DNA of 64,000 bases from Sphingomonadales bacterium. Lineage in GTDB: Bacteria > Bacteroidota > Bacteroidia > Chitinophagales > Chitinophagaceae. Position numbers and translations under genes: made by a program. The notes beneath the pieces were generated by a model, which was given only the letters and a program-made list of their open reading frames with translations, was not told the DNA's origin and did not search any database. Below are positions 1-10,303 of this stretch, piece by piece. The first letter of the stretch is position 1; each line of letters opens with the position of its first letter. The stretch is taken from positions 153,007-217,006 of the forward strand of contig VHBB01000001.1 in assembly GCA_016872155.1 (NCBI GenBank), in the 5' to 3' direction.

Positions 1-554
1 AAGAACATACCGGCATTGACATAAGCAAGATGAACGAAGAGCAACTTCGCTCTGTATGCAAGCAACTGCATATTGGTGTTGACCCCACGATGGGTAAGGC
101 CAAACTGATCGATACCATCTTTGGTGAGAAATGCGAAAAACAGTACATCCAGCCAACGTTTATTACAGACTACCCGGTCGAGATGAGTCCGCTCACCAAA
201 AAACATCGCACCCAACAAGGACTCGTAGAGCGCTTTGAGCTGATGATCAATGGTAAAGAAGTTGCCAATGCGTATAGTGAGTTGAACGACCCCGTCGATC
301 AGCGCGAGCGTTTCGAAGAGCAAGCACAACTGGCAGCCCGAGGTGATGATGAGGCCATGTTTATTGATCAGGATTTTCTACGCGCCCTCGAATATGGTAT
401 GCCCCCCACGGCCGGGATTGGATTTGGCGTCGATCGCCTTTGCATGTTACTGACCAATAGTCCTTCTATACAAGATGTACTGCTGTTTCCGCAAATGCGG
501 CCCGAGAAGACACAGACAGATCAACACCCAGATCAACAGACAGCAGATCTATAA
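1..554 (+). CDS. lysS: lysine--tRNA ligase (class II), C-terminal part; 5' end outside window
   Basis: Reading frame stays open to the left edge (phase starts at nt 3). Contains the LysRS class II core, including [17 protein letters not shown] and the motif-3-like [19 protein letters not shown]. Confidence 0.9.
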   Translation, partial: EHTGIDISKMNEEQLRSVCKQLHIGVDPTMGKAKLIDTIFGEKCEKQYIQPTFITDYPVEMSPLTKKHRTQQGLVERFELMINGKEVANAYSELNDPVDQRERFEEQAQLAARGDDEAMFIDQDFLRALEYGMPPTAGIGFGVDRLCMLLTNSPSIQDVLLFPQMRPEKTQTDQHPDQQTADL

Positions 555-556
555 AC

Positions 557-1381
557 TTATTCCACAAAAAGATCAGTATATAACTGCGCACCGGGCACGA
601 CAGAATAACCCGACAGGTCTGTAATGCCTTCGTTAGCCAATACGGCTTCGTCAATAAATAAATTACCTGTACAGGCGGCAGCAGATTGCCGTAAAATATA
701 ATAAGCCGCATCGGCCAATATCTCGGGGGTTCGACTCATATTGGCCAAGGCTTGTCCACCGAGTAAATTACGCACAGCAGCAGTATCGATGGTGGTACGA
801 GGCCAAAGTGAATTAGCGGCAATACCCGCTTCTTTAAACTCAGCGGCCCAACCCAGTGTCATCATACTCATGTTATACTTGCTCATCGTGTAGGCTACAT
901 GTCCTTTAAGCCATTTAGACGATAGGTTAATAGGCGGAGAGAGCGTTAAGATATGCGGATTACGCCCCTTACGCAAATAAGGAATACAGGCCTTAGTCAT
1001 TAAAAAAGTTCCGCGCACATTAATGGCATGCATCAGATCGAAACGCTTGGCCTCGGTCTTTTCCGTATCGGTCAGCGAGATGGCCGATGCGTTATTGATG
1101 AGAATATCGATTCCGCCGAATTTTTCTATGGTCTTGGCGACCACCTGTTGAATTTGTTCTTCGAAACGAATATCACATGCCACGGCCAGCGCCTTGCCAC
1201 CCGCCGCTTCCATTTCGGCCGCTGCAGAAAAGATCGTTCCGCCCAACTTTGGATTTTCTTCTACACTCTTGGCGGCGATCACAATAGTAGCGCCTTCTCT
1301 AGCCAGTCGAAGACCTATGGCTTTTCCGATACCCCGCGTGGCACCGGTAATCAAGACAGTTTTGTTGGCAAAAGACATCAT
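557..1381 (-). CDS. SDR family short-chain dehydrogenase/reductase
   Basis: 274 aa with the TGATRGIGKA cofactor-binding glycine motif and catalytic YTMSK (YxxxK). Confidence 0.85.
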   Translation of the reverse strand: MMSFANKTVLITGATRGIGKAIGLRLAREGATIVIAAKSVEENPKLGGTIFSAAAEMEAAGGKALAVACDIRFEEQIQQVVAKTIEKFGGIDILINNASAISLTDTEKTEAKRFDLMHAINVRGTFLMTKACIPYLRKGRNPHILTLSPPINLSSKWLKGHVAYTMSKYNMSMMTLGWAAEFKEAGIAANSLWPRTTIDTAAVRNLLGGQALANMSRTPEILADAAYYILRQSAAACTGNLFIDEAVLANEGITDLSGYSVVPGAQLYTDLFVE

Positions 1382-1397
1382 GTATTAAATTAATTGA

Positions 1398-2387
1398 TCA
1401 ATATTCGGGCAACACAGGTTTTGTCTGTACGATAGCTTCTATACGCTGCAGTACCTCGGGTGTCAGTTTTTCTAGAACGGCAAGTGCTGCCATATTTTCT
1501 ACCAGCTGCTCTTTTTTAGTAGCCCCCAAGATGGCGGTAGTAACATGCGGGTTCTTGATACACCAGGCAATACTCAGTTGCGAGGGCGTTACAGATAATT
1601 CGGCAGCGAGTGTTTCGATCTTTATGGCTTTGGCTACCAGTTGCTCTTGCATAAGCCTGTCGCGCAACCACTCAAAACCCGGAATCGCCAACCGGCTATC
1701 GGCAGGAATTCCCTTATTATATTTTCCGGAAAGCAGACCCGAAGCGAGCGGACTCCAGATGGTAGTTCCCAACCCTACCGTTTTGTAGACCATCAGGTAT
1801 TCATTCTCGATCTTGTTACGTTCGAAAAGATTATACTGCGGTTGCTCTACGCTGGGGCCGATCAACCCATAGTGCTGTGCCACGCGGTGGGCCTCCATAA
1901 TTTCTACCCCGCTCCACTCGCTGGTTCCCCAATAGAGGATCTTTCCTTGCGTAATGAGGTTATGCATGGACCAGACCACTTCTTCGATCGGCACATTTTT
2001 ATCGGGACGATGACAAAAATATAGATCGAGGTAATCGGTTTGTAAACGCTGCAACGCCTCATGACAGGCCTCGGTAATATGCTTTCTGCTCAACCCATGC
2101 TGATTGGGCTTGTTCTCTTTTCCTCTCCACCCCCAAAAAACTTTAGAAGAGAGCACATACGAAGTACGGTCCCACCCCTTTTTATGCAGCACACGCCCCA
2201 TCATCTTTTCACTTTCGCCCAAGGCATACACTTCTGCATTATCAAAAAAATTGACCCCCTGGTCGTAGGCCATCCCCATCAATTCGTCGGCCACGTGGTC
2301 ATTGATCTGTTTGTGAAAACTGACCCAACTACCAAAAGAGAGAACACTTAGTTGCAGGCCGGTTTTGCCCATGTAACGATATTCCAT
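1398..2387 (-). CDS. aldo/keto reductase (K+ channel beta-subunit-like AKR)
   Basis: 329 aa with AKR hallmarks FDNAEVY and LDLYFCHRPD. It lies 16 nt upstream of the SDR gene on the same strand. Confidence 0.85.
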   Translation of the reverse strand: MEYRYMGKTGLQLSVLSFGSWVSFHKQINDHVADELMGMAYDQGVNFFDNAEVYALGESEKMMGRVLHKKGWDRTSYVLSSKVFWGWRGKENKPNQHGLSRKHITEACHEALQRLQTDYLDLYFCHRPDKNVPIEEVVWSMHNLITQGKILYWGTSEWSGVEIMEAHRVAQHYGLIGPSVEQPQYNLFERNKIENEYLMVYKTVGLGTTIWSPLASGLLSGKYNKGIPADSRLAIPGFEWLRDRLMQEQLVAKAIKIETLAAELSVTPSQLSIAWCIKNPHVTTAILGATKKEQLVENMAALAVLEKLTPEVLQRIEAIVQTKPVLPEY

Positions 2388-2407
2388 GCCATAAGAATTT
2401 TGAAAAG

Positions 2408-2415
2408 CAAAGGTA
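2408..2415 (-). promoter_or_regulatory. -7 promoter box TACCTTTG (TAnnTTTG) for the AKR-SDR unit
   Basis: Exact consensus on the coding strand, 20 nt upstream of ATG 2387. Confidence 0.4.
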
Positions 2416-2447
2416 GCTGTTAAGGGGATTGCACTTACAGTTCGATC

Positions 2448-2993
2448 CTATTGATCTCCGGGAGTCTTTACCGTACCGGTAGTGCCCAAAAAAGTGATTC
2501 GCTTAAGATCTTGGGTCGCCTCAAGTCCCTTTCCTCCTACGATCTGGTGGTCGGGACCTCGGTAAATGGCATATTTGTCGGTGGTAAAAAGCTGCGTGTT
2601 TTGGTCCCACCAAAGTTCCGGAGAGATCAGGGTATCGCCTTTTTGAGTTATCACGACCACACTGTCTCGCAAAAAGACCTTATTGAGATTTTCGTAATAG
2701 ACGCCGTAGCGGGCATCAAGCCGGGAGTCGACACGAAGGCTATCATCATAAAAATCGCAGTGGACCGAGCGGGGAAAGGTCATAGAGATCGTATCGCGAT
2801 TCTGCTTGATCATAAAAGGAGCCAGAATGCGCGCCTTACGCTTACCGCTTTGACTAATATAACTCTCGATGTCGGTAGCCTCTTCGGCCAACGTAACCGA
2901 GCGGGTCCAATCGGTAAGAACACGATCGTCGTTTTCGCAGGCCGACAAACCGAGCAGTAAAAAGAAGAGGATCGATAATGACCAATTAGTCAT
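2448..2993 (-). CDS. lptC: LptC-like LPS export periplasmic/lipoprotein component
   Basis: The track ORF is 2448-3020 (GTG start). I prefer the ATG at 2993, which gives MTNWSLSILFFLLLGLSAC with a lipobox. About 180 aa, in the coaX-porin-lptC arrangement I recall for Bacteroidota. Confidence 0.55.
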   Translation of the reverse strand: MTNWSLSILFFLLLGLSACENDDRVLTDWTRSVTLAEEATDIESYISQSGKRKARILAPFMIKQNRDTISMTFPRSVHCDFYDDSLRVDSRLDARYGVYYENLNKVFLRDSVVVITQKGDTLISPELWWDQNTQLFTTDKYAIYRGPDHQIVGGKGLEATQDLKRITFLGTTGTVKTPGDQ

Positions 2994-4404
2994 ATTGACG
3001 CTTGATAAACCAAATATCACTCAACGAAAAACCCAGTGAGAGACGAAAAAGATTTTCTTGCAGTACGTTGGTATTATTGCCCCGGCGAATGTATTCGAGC
3101 GACAGATTTACAAAGGTAACTTGGTTCGGCGCCTGTCTACTGATTCCCACGGGCAGTCCCAGCCCCATACTGGCTCCAACTTGCGGAAGCGTGCGTCCGA
3201 GGCTGACATAATCGGGGCCTACAAAAAAACCAAATCGGTAAGAGACATTGCTCACATAGCTACGCTGCGGAACAGGCGTAAGCTGCGCCCCCATGCGAAG
3301 CTCCCACTTATTGCGCAACGAGTCAGCCTTACCATAGAAACGATATTCGCTCCAAGGTTGACTCATGTAATCGATGCCAAACAACCAGCCCCCTTCTTTA
3401 TTGGGTACTGCGAATTTTTGTAAGGTAAACCCGGCCGTATAAGAAGCCGGCAATTGTATCTGTCCAGCAATCCCCCGAAGATCGGAGATACTATCAAGAC
3501 GAAGTTGTCCCTGGCTTTGATCGAAAAAGAATGTTTCGCGCACAATATCTTGACGAGCCCTAATCGTTTGACCCAATTGCCCAAAGGCGCCTACGGTCAG
3601 CAAAAGTTTTTTGTTTAGAGGAAGTTGATATTGCAACCCCCCTTGCAGACTGAGATTGCCAAAATTGGTCGTATTCTGAAAATTGGCTTGATAATAAGCA
3701 ACGGTATCATTTAAAAAACTACGACGGGAATTATAATTTTTTCTACCAAAGAAATAACCGGCATTTATGCCGACGCTCAGTTTCTCTTCGAGGCCTTTAC
3801 GGTCTTTGCTAAATAACGAAAGGCCTGTTCCTATTGAACCAATATAAGAGCCGCCATCTCCTTCGAATTGTGTAACAGAACTATCGATACTTGATCCGGT
3901 GATTGGATCGTATAAGCGCTCATAACGATCGATCTTATAACTGACTCTTGAAACAGGTCGAAGTCCAAAACTCATTCCCCAGTTCTTGCGTAACGGAATA
4001 CCGACCTGCACGTAAGAAAATAATGCATTACTGGCCTTAAAGCGCTCCTCTTTTTTAGGATCGCGCAAGCTGCGATTATCGATATTGACCGCCATGTCGA
4101 GTACCACGCGGCCCGAACTGAGCTTGTTGGATTTTTTTTCTTTCCAGGCCTGAAAAGCGGCAAAGGAAGCTGGATTGTTGAAGTTCACAGACAAGGCATC
4201 GTTATAACCTGCCGAAATGCCTCCCATGCTTCTGTTGTTAACGTTGGTAGTAGCGACCAAGTCGCCGATCCCGTATCGGGAATACGGAGAATTATCTTGC
4301 GCCAGCAGGGGAAAGGCTACCGAGGAAAAGAGCCCTGCAGTCAAACCGAAAATAATGCGTAACTGGTTGATTTTCTTAGGTATTATTGACTTCGCTAATA
4401 GCAT
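2986..4404 (-). CDS. putative outer-membrane beta-barrel (putative porin family)
   Basis: 472 aa with signal peptide ...VAFPLLAQ. Alternating Gly/aromatic-rich beta-strand-like sequence throughout. The start overlaps the coaX stop by 29 nt. Confidence 0.6.
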   Translation of the reverse strand: MLLAKSIIPKKINQLRIIFGLTAGLFSSVAFPLLAQDNSPYSRYGIGDLVATTNVNNRSMGGISAGYNDALSVNFNNPASFAAFQAWKEKKSNKLSSGRVVLDMAVNIDNRSLRDPKKEERFKASNALFSYVQVGIPLRKNWGMSFGLRPVSRVSYKIDRYERLYDPITGSSIDSSVTQFEGDGGSYIGSIGTGLSLFSKDRKGLEEKLSVGINAGYFFGRKNYNSRRSFLNDTVAYYQANFQNTTNFGNLSLQGGLQYQLPLNKKLLLTVGAFGQLGQTIRARQDIVRETFFFDQSQGQLRLDSISDLRGIAGQIQLPASYTAGFTLQKFAVPNKEGGWLFGIDYMSQPWSEYRFYGKADSLRNKWELRMGAQLTPVPQRSYVSNVSYRFGFFVGPDYVSLGRTLPQVGASMGLGLPVGISRQAPNQVTFVNLSLEYIRRGNNTNVLQENLFRLSLGFSLSDIWFIKRQYD

Positions 4405-5104
4405 ACAGGCCCTTGTAGATTAGATCGGGGTCTGCAAATATCTTGTTTTTAAAGTGGGCTGCCAAATAGGGTATATCCCCCCCGGTTAAGACCACGTTAA
4501 AGTTATCATAACGAGCTTTGTACGAATCGATAAATCCATCCATCTCGAGGGCCATCCCCAGCAGAACACCCGAGAGAATATTGGTTTGCGTGTCGTAACC
4601 GATAAGGGGTACATCGGCCACAGGGGCCACCAGCGGAAGCAAAGCAGTGTGCTGGTGCAATGACCGAAGCCGCATCGCTAGGCCGGGCGAAATACCTCCT
4701 CCCAAAAACGCATGGCCGGCATTGATAAAATTATACGTGATGCAAGAACCCAGTGCAATGACCAAATTATTCATACCGGGATAATAGTGAACCGCTGCCG
4801 CACAAATAGCCAAGCGATCGGCACCGATCGTAGCGGGCTTTCCAACCGGCGTGGTAAAAGAAAGCTTCGTCGTATGATCTAGTTTATGAAAGCGGGTGGC
4901 CGCATCAAGCATGGTTTCGAGTAGCGGATTATGTGCTATTACAGAAGACAGTATGGATTTTTCGGGGCAATAGGTTCGCAGTAATGCTGAAATGGTAGCC
5001 TCTGTATCGTCAGTAAGTGTAATGGCCTCTCGCAACACGGACCCATCGAACACCGCAACTTTCTTACGGGTGTTTCCAAAATCAAAGCAAAGAGTAACCG
5101 ACAT
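4376..5104 (-). CDS. coaX: type III pantothenate kinase
   Basis: 242 aa. N-terminal LCFDFGNTRKKVAVF (DxGNT ASKHA phosphate motif) and typical CoaX length. Confidence 0.85.
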   Translation of the reverse strand: MSVTLCFDFGNTRKKVAVFDGSVLREAITLTDDTEATISALLRTYCPEKSILSSVIAHNPLLETMLDAATRFHKLDHTTKLSFTTPVGKPATIGADRLAICAAAVHYYPGMNNLVIALGSCITYNFINAGHAFLGGGISPGLAMRLRSLHQHTALLPLVAPVADVPLIGYDTQTNILSGVLLGMALEMDGFIDSYKARYDNFNVVLTGGDIPYLAAHFKNKIFADPDLIYKGLYAISEVNNT

Positions 5105-5113
5105 AAAAATGTA

Positions 5114-5749
5114 TTAAAGATTAAAGCCGCTCAAATTTTTAAAATGCCCGTTAAGTTGTATGCGCTGTTTGAGCTGCTCCACGCCCGATAACAGTGGAAT
5201 AGCTTTGTGCAAATGTCGCTTAATAAATTCCTTTCGCTGCTTTTCGGAAAAAAGTTTTAACAACTCGAATTCCTGCTCCGTGGTAAGCCCGATATGATGC
5301 GCAATGGCATAGCTATCGAGTTCCTCGTCGGGTCGACCAAAATCCTTGTTTACCTGCAGCAACTTAAAGAGTTCGCGCACCTTACCCATTAGTTTTTTCA
5401 TGGCCAGGGGGTCGGCCTGGCTATCCGTCTCGGGATAGGTAACGATGGCCCCGCTATACAGTTTCTCGGGTATCTCACGAACCAGTTCGAGCAATCGAAA
5501 TATTTTCGTTCCGCGCGTGTGAATATCCATTTCGCCACCCTCGTATTGCTTGGCGATACTTTCGATCGTTACCAGGGTTCCGAACTCCTGCATCTGCTTA
5601 TCGAGCACGACAGGAATACCAAAGGGCTTTTTCTGGGCAACACATTCACTAATCAATTGCTTATAGCGAGGCTCAAAGATGTGCAGATTGAGTGCTTCTC
5701 CGGGATACACCACAATACCCAGCGGAAAGATGGGTGTAAAATTCGTCAT
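5114..5749 (-). CDS. LON peptidase substrate-binding (N-terminal) domain protein
   Basis: 211 aa. IFPLGIVVYPGEALNLHIFEPRYKQLI matches the stand-alone Lon N-domain family. Confidence 0.8.
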   Translation of the reverse strand: MTNFTPIFPLGIVVYPGEALNLHIFEPRYKQLISECVAQKKPFGIPVVLDKQMQEFGTLVTIESIAKQYEGGEMDIHTRGTKIFRLLELVREIPEKLYSGAIVTYPETDSQADPLAMKKLMGKVRELFKLLQVNKDFGRPDEELDSYAIAHHIGLTTEQEFELLKLFSEKQRKEFIKRHLHKAIPLLSGVEQLKQRIQLNGHFKNLSGFNL

Positions 5750-5786
5750 TGGTTAAAGTTACGGTATTCGGCCAGCAGGCAATAAC

Positions 5787-6551
5787 TTAACTCGAAGTCA
5801 GCGAATCACGTTGATGCACAAAAGCTGTTTGTTGACTAAATAACTTTGGCCGCGCAATATATCCCTTCAATAGGCCCTGCCCAATCATCCACGACAGCAG
5901 GTTGTCAGGATGAAAACGCACAGGCGTGCCACAGGCTAAAAGCTTTTTTGCTCCCTCCGTTGTCACCACATAGGCATGGGTACAGTCATGAAAACCCGCA
6001 GATGAAATATGTTTAGCATAAGGCCTAGCATAAAAGTTTTTAAACATTTTTCTCGTCATTCTAAGCTGGGTGTGGTATGGAATTATTTTTTTGAATTGCA
6101 AATTACTCCATTCTCGAAAACCTAAATTTTCTTGCTTTTCGTAGCCCAGGTACAGTAGCTCCCAAGCAGGAGGCAAATCTGCCATTACTGATGAAAGTAA
6201 ATGCAGATTTTCATAGCGAGGAATTACATCGTCCTCGAGAATAAGCGTGCGCCGATACTGTTGATTGACAATTTCTTTATAAATCTGAAGATGGCCGAGG
6301 GCGCAACATAGCATACCAGCGCTAATAGTCTTAGGATATTTATAAAAAGAACGAAACCCGTCGATATCGAACAGGCCTGTACGTAAAGCCTCGTCAACGC
6401 CGAGTTCGGTCTTATCGACGCCAAAGTAAAAATCATAATCAAGCCCCGCTAATGTCTTTTGTATATAGGCAATTCGCTCCGTAAGCCTAGGTAGGGTAAG
6501 TACGAAAACTTTATCGAAATAATGGCTAAAACCGGTAAAACTATTTTGCAT
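5787..6551 (-). CDS. glycosyltransferase family 25 (LPS/LOS glycosyltransferase-like)
   Basis: GT25-like sequence (VFVLTLPRLTERI..., LILEDD). The track start is a TTG at 6572 that overlaps the upstream gene; ATG 6551 is preferred. Confidence 0.7.
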   Translation of the reverse strand: MQNSFTGFSHYFDKVFVLTLPRLTERIAYIQKTLAGLDYDFYFGVDKTELGVDEALRTGLFDIDGFRSFYKYPKTISAGMLCCALGHLQIYKEIVNQQYRRTLILEDDVIPRYENLHLLSSVMADLPPAWELLYLGYEKQENLGFREWSNLQFKKIIPYHTQLRMTRKMFKNFYARPYAKHISSAGFHDCTHAYVVTTEGAKKLLACGTPVRFHPDNLLSWMIGQGLLKGYIARPKLFSQQTAFVHQRDSLTSS

Positions 6552-6568
6552 AACAATAATGAAAAGTT

Positions 6569-7753
6569 TCAAGAACCCGAAAAATCATTGACCAACTTTT
6601 GATAGGATGACTGCAAAGAGCTAGTAACCTCTGTTGCATAGAAGGCTTGTGCCCGTTGTTGATTGTGTAAACCAATTTGGGCAGCCATCAATGGATTTTT
6701 AAGAAAATATACTGTCTTATTGGCAATATCGTCAGGATCTAACGGATCTACTAAGCTGACTTCTCGAACCCCCTCTAACATATCAAACATGCCACCTTCT
6801 CGTGAACCTACTATTGGCTTACCGGCAAGCATCGACTCCAAACATACATTAGGAAAGTTTTCCCAAATACTAGGAAGAACTACGACAGCGGCCTTCGATA
6901 AAATAGCTGGAATTTCATCGAGCGAAACAGCATCTAAAAATGTAATAGCAGAACTATGCTTTTTTAACAGCGAGCAAAGCACTGCCTTCATAGATCTTTC
7001 ACGATGCGGACCCACACTATCCTTGCCCAAAAACATAAAAGTGGCTTGCGGATACTCCAGAAGTATTTTGGGTATGGCCTGAGCAAGAGCATACACTCCC
7101 TTTCTTGTTTCTAACCTCCCGAAATAAAGAACAAGCGACGTGGGTAAGGAAGGGGGCGAATTTTGAAACTTACTACTCGAGTACGGGTAGGGAGACAACT
7201 GAATTCGGTCTATTGGAATTCTCCATTCAGACGATACAATTTTTCGCAAAGATGTGGAAGGTGATAAGATAAAATCAGCTTTTTGAATGGCTAAATATTC
7301 AAGATCCTTCTGATACCGATAATTGCCCAAAATGAAACTCTTAATTCTACGAAACCATCGCTTATCATAGTAATAGTTATTCAAGCGGCGAATTAGAAAA
7401 CGAGGCGTATGCAACTTTACGGCGAGCGGCACAGCGCTAAGCTCCGACTTAATATAAAGGGCTTCCGCCCCATATTCCGGCACCTCAATTAGGTCCACAG
7501 GATAGTCTTGATGAATTAGCAAAGCAGCCCTTGGAGATAAAACCCTGAACGCTTCGCATGAATTACACTGTAGCAGGGTCAGTCGAAGTGTTGAGCTAAT
7601 AGCATATTGTTTGCCCACATGCGGAGTGCCCGCTATCACATCAACATAATTACCCTGCATAGAAAGCAGCTGGGCTACTTGCTGAACATAGGTAGCTATT
7701 CCACCAAACCCCGTGTCGGGTGGATATTCATAGGATATGAATAAAAGATGCAT
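6569..7753 (-). CDS. glycosyltransferase family 4 (GT-B fold)
   Basis: 394 aa. N-terminal YPPDTGFGGIATY and C-terminal ENFPNVCLESMLAGKPIV (E-x7-E-like) motifs. Confidence 0.8.
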   Translation of the reverse strand: MHLLFISYEYPPDTGFGGIATYVQQVAQLLSMQGNYVDVIAGTPHVGKQYAISSTLRLTLLQCNSCEAFRVLSPRAALLIHQDYPVDLIEVPEYGAEALYIKSELSAVPLAVKLHTPRFLIRRLNNYYYDKRWFRRIKSFILGNYRYQKDLEYLAIQKADFILSPSTSLRKIVSSEWRIPIDRIQLSPYPYSSSKFQNSPPSLPTSLVLYFGRLETRKGVYALAQAIPKILLEYPQATFMFLGKDSVGPHRERSMKAVLCSLLKKHSSAITFLDAVSLDEIPAILSKAAVVVLPSIWENFPNVCLESMLAGKPIVGSREGGMFDMLEGVREVSLVDPLDPDDIANKTVYFLKNPLMAAQIGLHNQQRAQAFYATEVTSSLQSSYQKLVNDFSGS

Positions 7754-7802
7754 CTTTTAATGATATTCACACTAAATTAGATTAAATAACCGAACTCGAT
7801 AT

Positions 7803-8546
7803 ATGTCTAAAAGGCTAAAAACCATGATTCGACTTTTGGGCATGGCAGATGGGCTTTTATTTTATTGGAAAACAAAAACTAGAAAATTCGGAAAAATTAG
7901 AGCCAGACGCTGGAATACCTCTTTTTTTCTACGCCCTAATACAACTGATTTTTCGACGTACCAACATGTTTTTGAAAACAAGCAATACGACATTAAAATT
8001 CCATTTTCGCCAACTACCATTATCGATGGAGGTGCTAATATTGGGCTTTCCTCTATTTATTTTGCAATTCGTTTCCCGACCGCAAGCATATTTGCGATTG
8101 AGCCAGACCAGCAAAATTTTTATCTGCTAGAAGCCTGCACGAAGCCATTTAAAAATATCAAGTGCCTACAAGGGGCTATTTGGCCAAAGACCGGCTATGT
8201 TCAAATCATCGATGAAGAGGCTGACAAAAACTCATTTCAGGTAAAATGGACTGAACAAATCGAGGAAAAATCCATCCCGGCTATTTCAATGGGCTCACTA
8301 CTTAAGAAATATAATCTACCTACACTAGATATCGTCAAATTGGACGTAGAAGGTGCAGAAAAAGAAATTTTTTCGGCAAACGTAGATGAGTGGCTTCCAT
8401 TTACAAGAATCCTGATCATCGAGCTACACGATAACATGCGGCCTGGTTGCTCGCGAAGTGTTTTTAATGCAATTATTAACTACGAATTTAGATGTGAAAT
8501 AAGTTGGGAGAACCTGGTTTTCTATAACACGCGCTTCAACGTATAA
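7803..8546 (+). CDS. FkbM family methyltransferase
   Basis: 247 aa with the IIDGGANIGLSS SAM-binding motif and the KLDVEGAE motif of the FkbM family. Confidence 0.8.
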   Translation: MSKRLKTMIRLLGMADGLLFYWKTKTRKFGKIRARRWNTSFFLRPNTTDFSTYQHVFENKQYDIKIPFSPTTIIDGGANIGLSSIYFAIRFPTASIFAIEPDQQNFYLLEACTKPFKNIKCLQGAIWPKTGYVQIIDEEADKNSFQVKWTEQIEEKSIPAISMGSLLKKYNLPTLDIVKLDVEGAEKEIFSANVDEWLPFTRILIIELHDNMRPGCSRSVFNAIINYEFRCEISWENLVFYNTRFNV

Positions 8547-8562
8547 TGAATAAATTAAGTAC

Positions 8563-9336
8563 ATGGGTGTTGGCTTTTCTATAGTAGTTATTTGTAAAAA
8601 TGACGCAGCTGCTCTTTCTGCCTCACTGGAAACGTGGCTGTCCATTACAAAAGAAGTGATTCTTTATGATACGGGAAGTACAGACGAGACACAAGAACTG
8701 GTAAAAAATTGGGGCGTAACATTGCATAGGGGAGAATGGGAGGGCTTTGGTCGCACTAAGAATAAGGCTTCGCAGCTAGCCAGTAATGACTGGATTTTAA
8801 GCCTAGATGCAGATGAAGTACCCGATCCTATTTTAATAAAAAGTTTATTAAGTTGGACTCCGCCACACGATAAAAAAGTAGTTTATAACTTAAGGTTCAT
8901 TAACTTCTATAAAAATCAGCCTGTTCGATTCGGAGAATGGGGTTGGGACTTTCATGTAAGGCTATTTAACCGAAACTATGTTACATGGAATGAGGCAATG
9001 GTTCACGAAAAGCTGCAATACCCCAATGAATGCAAGGTGCTGAAGTTAAAAGGACATGTACTACATCGAACTGTAAGTAGTCTTGAGGAATACAAAGAAA
9101 AGACCATTCGGTACGCAAAACTTTCTGCAAAAAAATATTATTCCGCCCAAAAAAAAGCCTCTTGGATAAAACTATATCTCTCCCCCCCTTTTACTTTCGT
9201 TCTATACTATTTTATCAAGCTAGGATTTCTTGACGGAAAAGCAGGACTACTATGCGCCTATATGACCACACGATATACCTACTTGAAATATCGATATTTA
9301 AAAAAATTACAACATAATATTGCTCTACCTGATTAG
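8563..9336 (+). CDS. glycosyltransferase family 2
   Basis: 257 aa with a GT-A N-terminus (FSIVVICKND...) and the DADE acidic motif. Confidence 0.8.
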   Translation: MGVGFSIVVICKNDAAALSASLETWLSITKEVILYDTGSTDETQELVKNWGVTLHRGEWEGFGRTKNKASQLASNDWILSLDADEVPDPILIKSLLSWTPPHDKKVVYNLRFINFYKNQPVRFGEWGWDFHVRLFNRNYVTWNEAMVHEKLQYPNECKVLKLKGHVLHRTVSSLEEYKEKTIRYAKLSAKKYYSAQKKASWIKLYLSPPFTFVLYYFIKLGFLDGKAGLLCAYMTTRYTYLKYRYLKKLQHNIALPD

Positions 9337-9362
9337 GGCGAAAGAGCTAAAATGAACTACTT

Positions 9363-10286
9363 ATGTTGGGCAATGAGCTAGAAAAGATTAAAAAGGGTGA
9401 TCACCGCACTTTAGCCCGGTTGCTTTCTTTCGTAGAAAATGAACAGCCCGGATACGAGGAGCTGCTGGCATCACTACCCGCCGGCACCACGCCGGTCGTG
9501 GGCATTACAGGCCCACCGGGTGCAGGCAAAAGCACGTTGGTAGATGCGCTTATCAGCCATTGGACCGCACAAGGAAAAAAGGTAGCGGTGCTCTGCGTAG
9601 ACCCCTCCTCTCCTTTTCATCAAGGAGCCTTGCTGGGAGACCGCATTCGAATGACGAGCTGGCACAATTATCCTGATGTCTATATCCGATCACTGGCTAC
9701 TCGCGGATCGATGGGTGGTTTGCATCCCAAGATCATCGAACTCACCGATCTGCTTCGCTATGCCGGATTCGATTGGATCCTGATCGAGACCGTTGGTGTA
9801 GGGCAAAGCGAGGTAGAGATCGCAGGGCTGGCCGACATTACGGCTGTAATTCTGGTACCCGAGGCAGGCGATGAAGTGCAAACTATGAAATCGGGACTCA
9901 TGGAAATTGCCGATCTGTTTGTAGTCAATAAGGCCGACCGCCCCGATGCATCGACCTTCGTAAAAAATCTCCAAGCCATGCTGGCCCCTGCATTTAGCAG
10001 AAAGAATACGCCGATACCGATCTTAGAGACCGTTGCCACAAAGGCAGAAGGAGTAGAAGCCTTGGCCAACGCACTCGAGACCCTACAAAAAAGTGAAGCC
10101 GGCATAGATAAAAGAAGTTGGCTCCTGACCGAGAAAGCCTATCGATTGATCGAACGTAAACGAATGAGCGGTATAGGTAGAGCTGCACTGCACGAACAGA
10201 TCAAGGCTGCACTACAACAGAACGATTTTAATCTCTACCGGTTTGTAGCCACCCAATCCTACACCAACGGGGATCATCGGCAATAG
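9363..10286 (+). CDS. meaB: methylmalonyl-CoA mutase-associated GTPase MeaB/ArgK
   Basis: 307 aa with P-loop GPPGAGKST and NKAD (NKxD), typical of the MeaB family. No mutase gene in the window. Confidence 0.9.
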   Translation: MLGNELEKIKKGDHRTLARLLSFVENEQPGYEELLASLPAGTTPVVGITGPPGAGKSTLVDALISHWTAQGKKVAVLCVDPSSPFHQGALLGDRIRMTSWHNYPDVYIRSLATRGSMGGLHPKIIELTDLLRYAGFDWILIETVGVGQSEVEIAGLADITAVILVPEAGDEVQTMKSGLMEIADLFVVNKADRPDASTFVKNLQAMLAPAFSRKNTPIPILETVATKAEGVEALANALETLQKSEAGIDKRSWLLTEKAYRLIERKRMSGIGRAALHEQIKAALQQNDFNLYRFVATQSYTNGDHRQ

Positions 10287-10303
10287 CAAGCCGCCAGGCT
10301 CAA

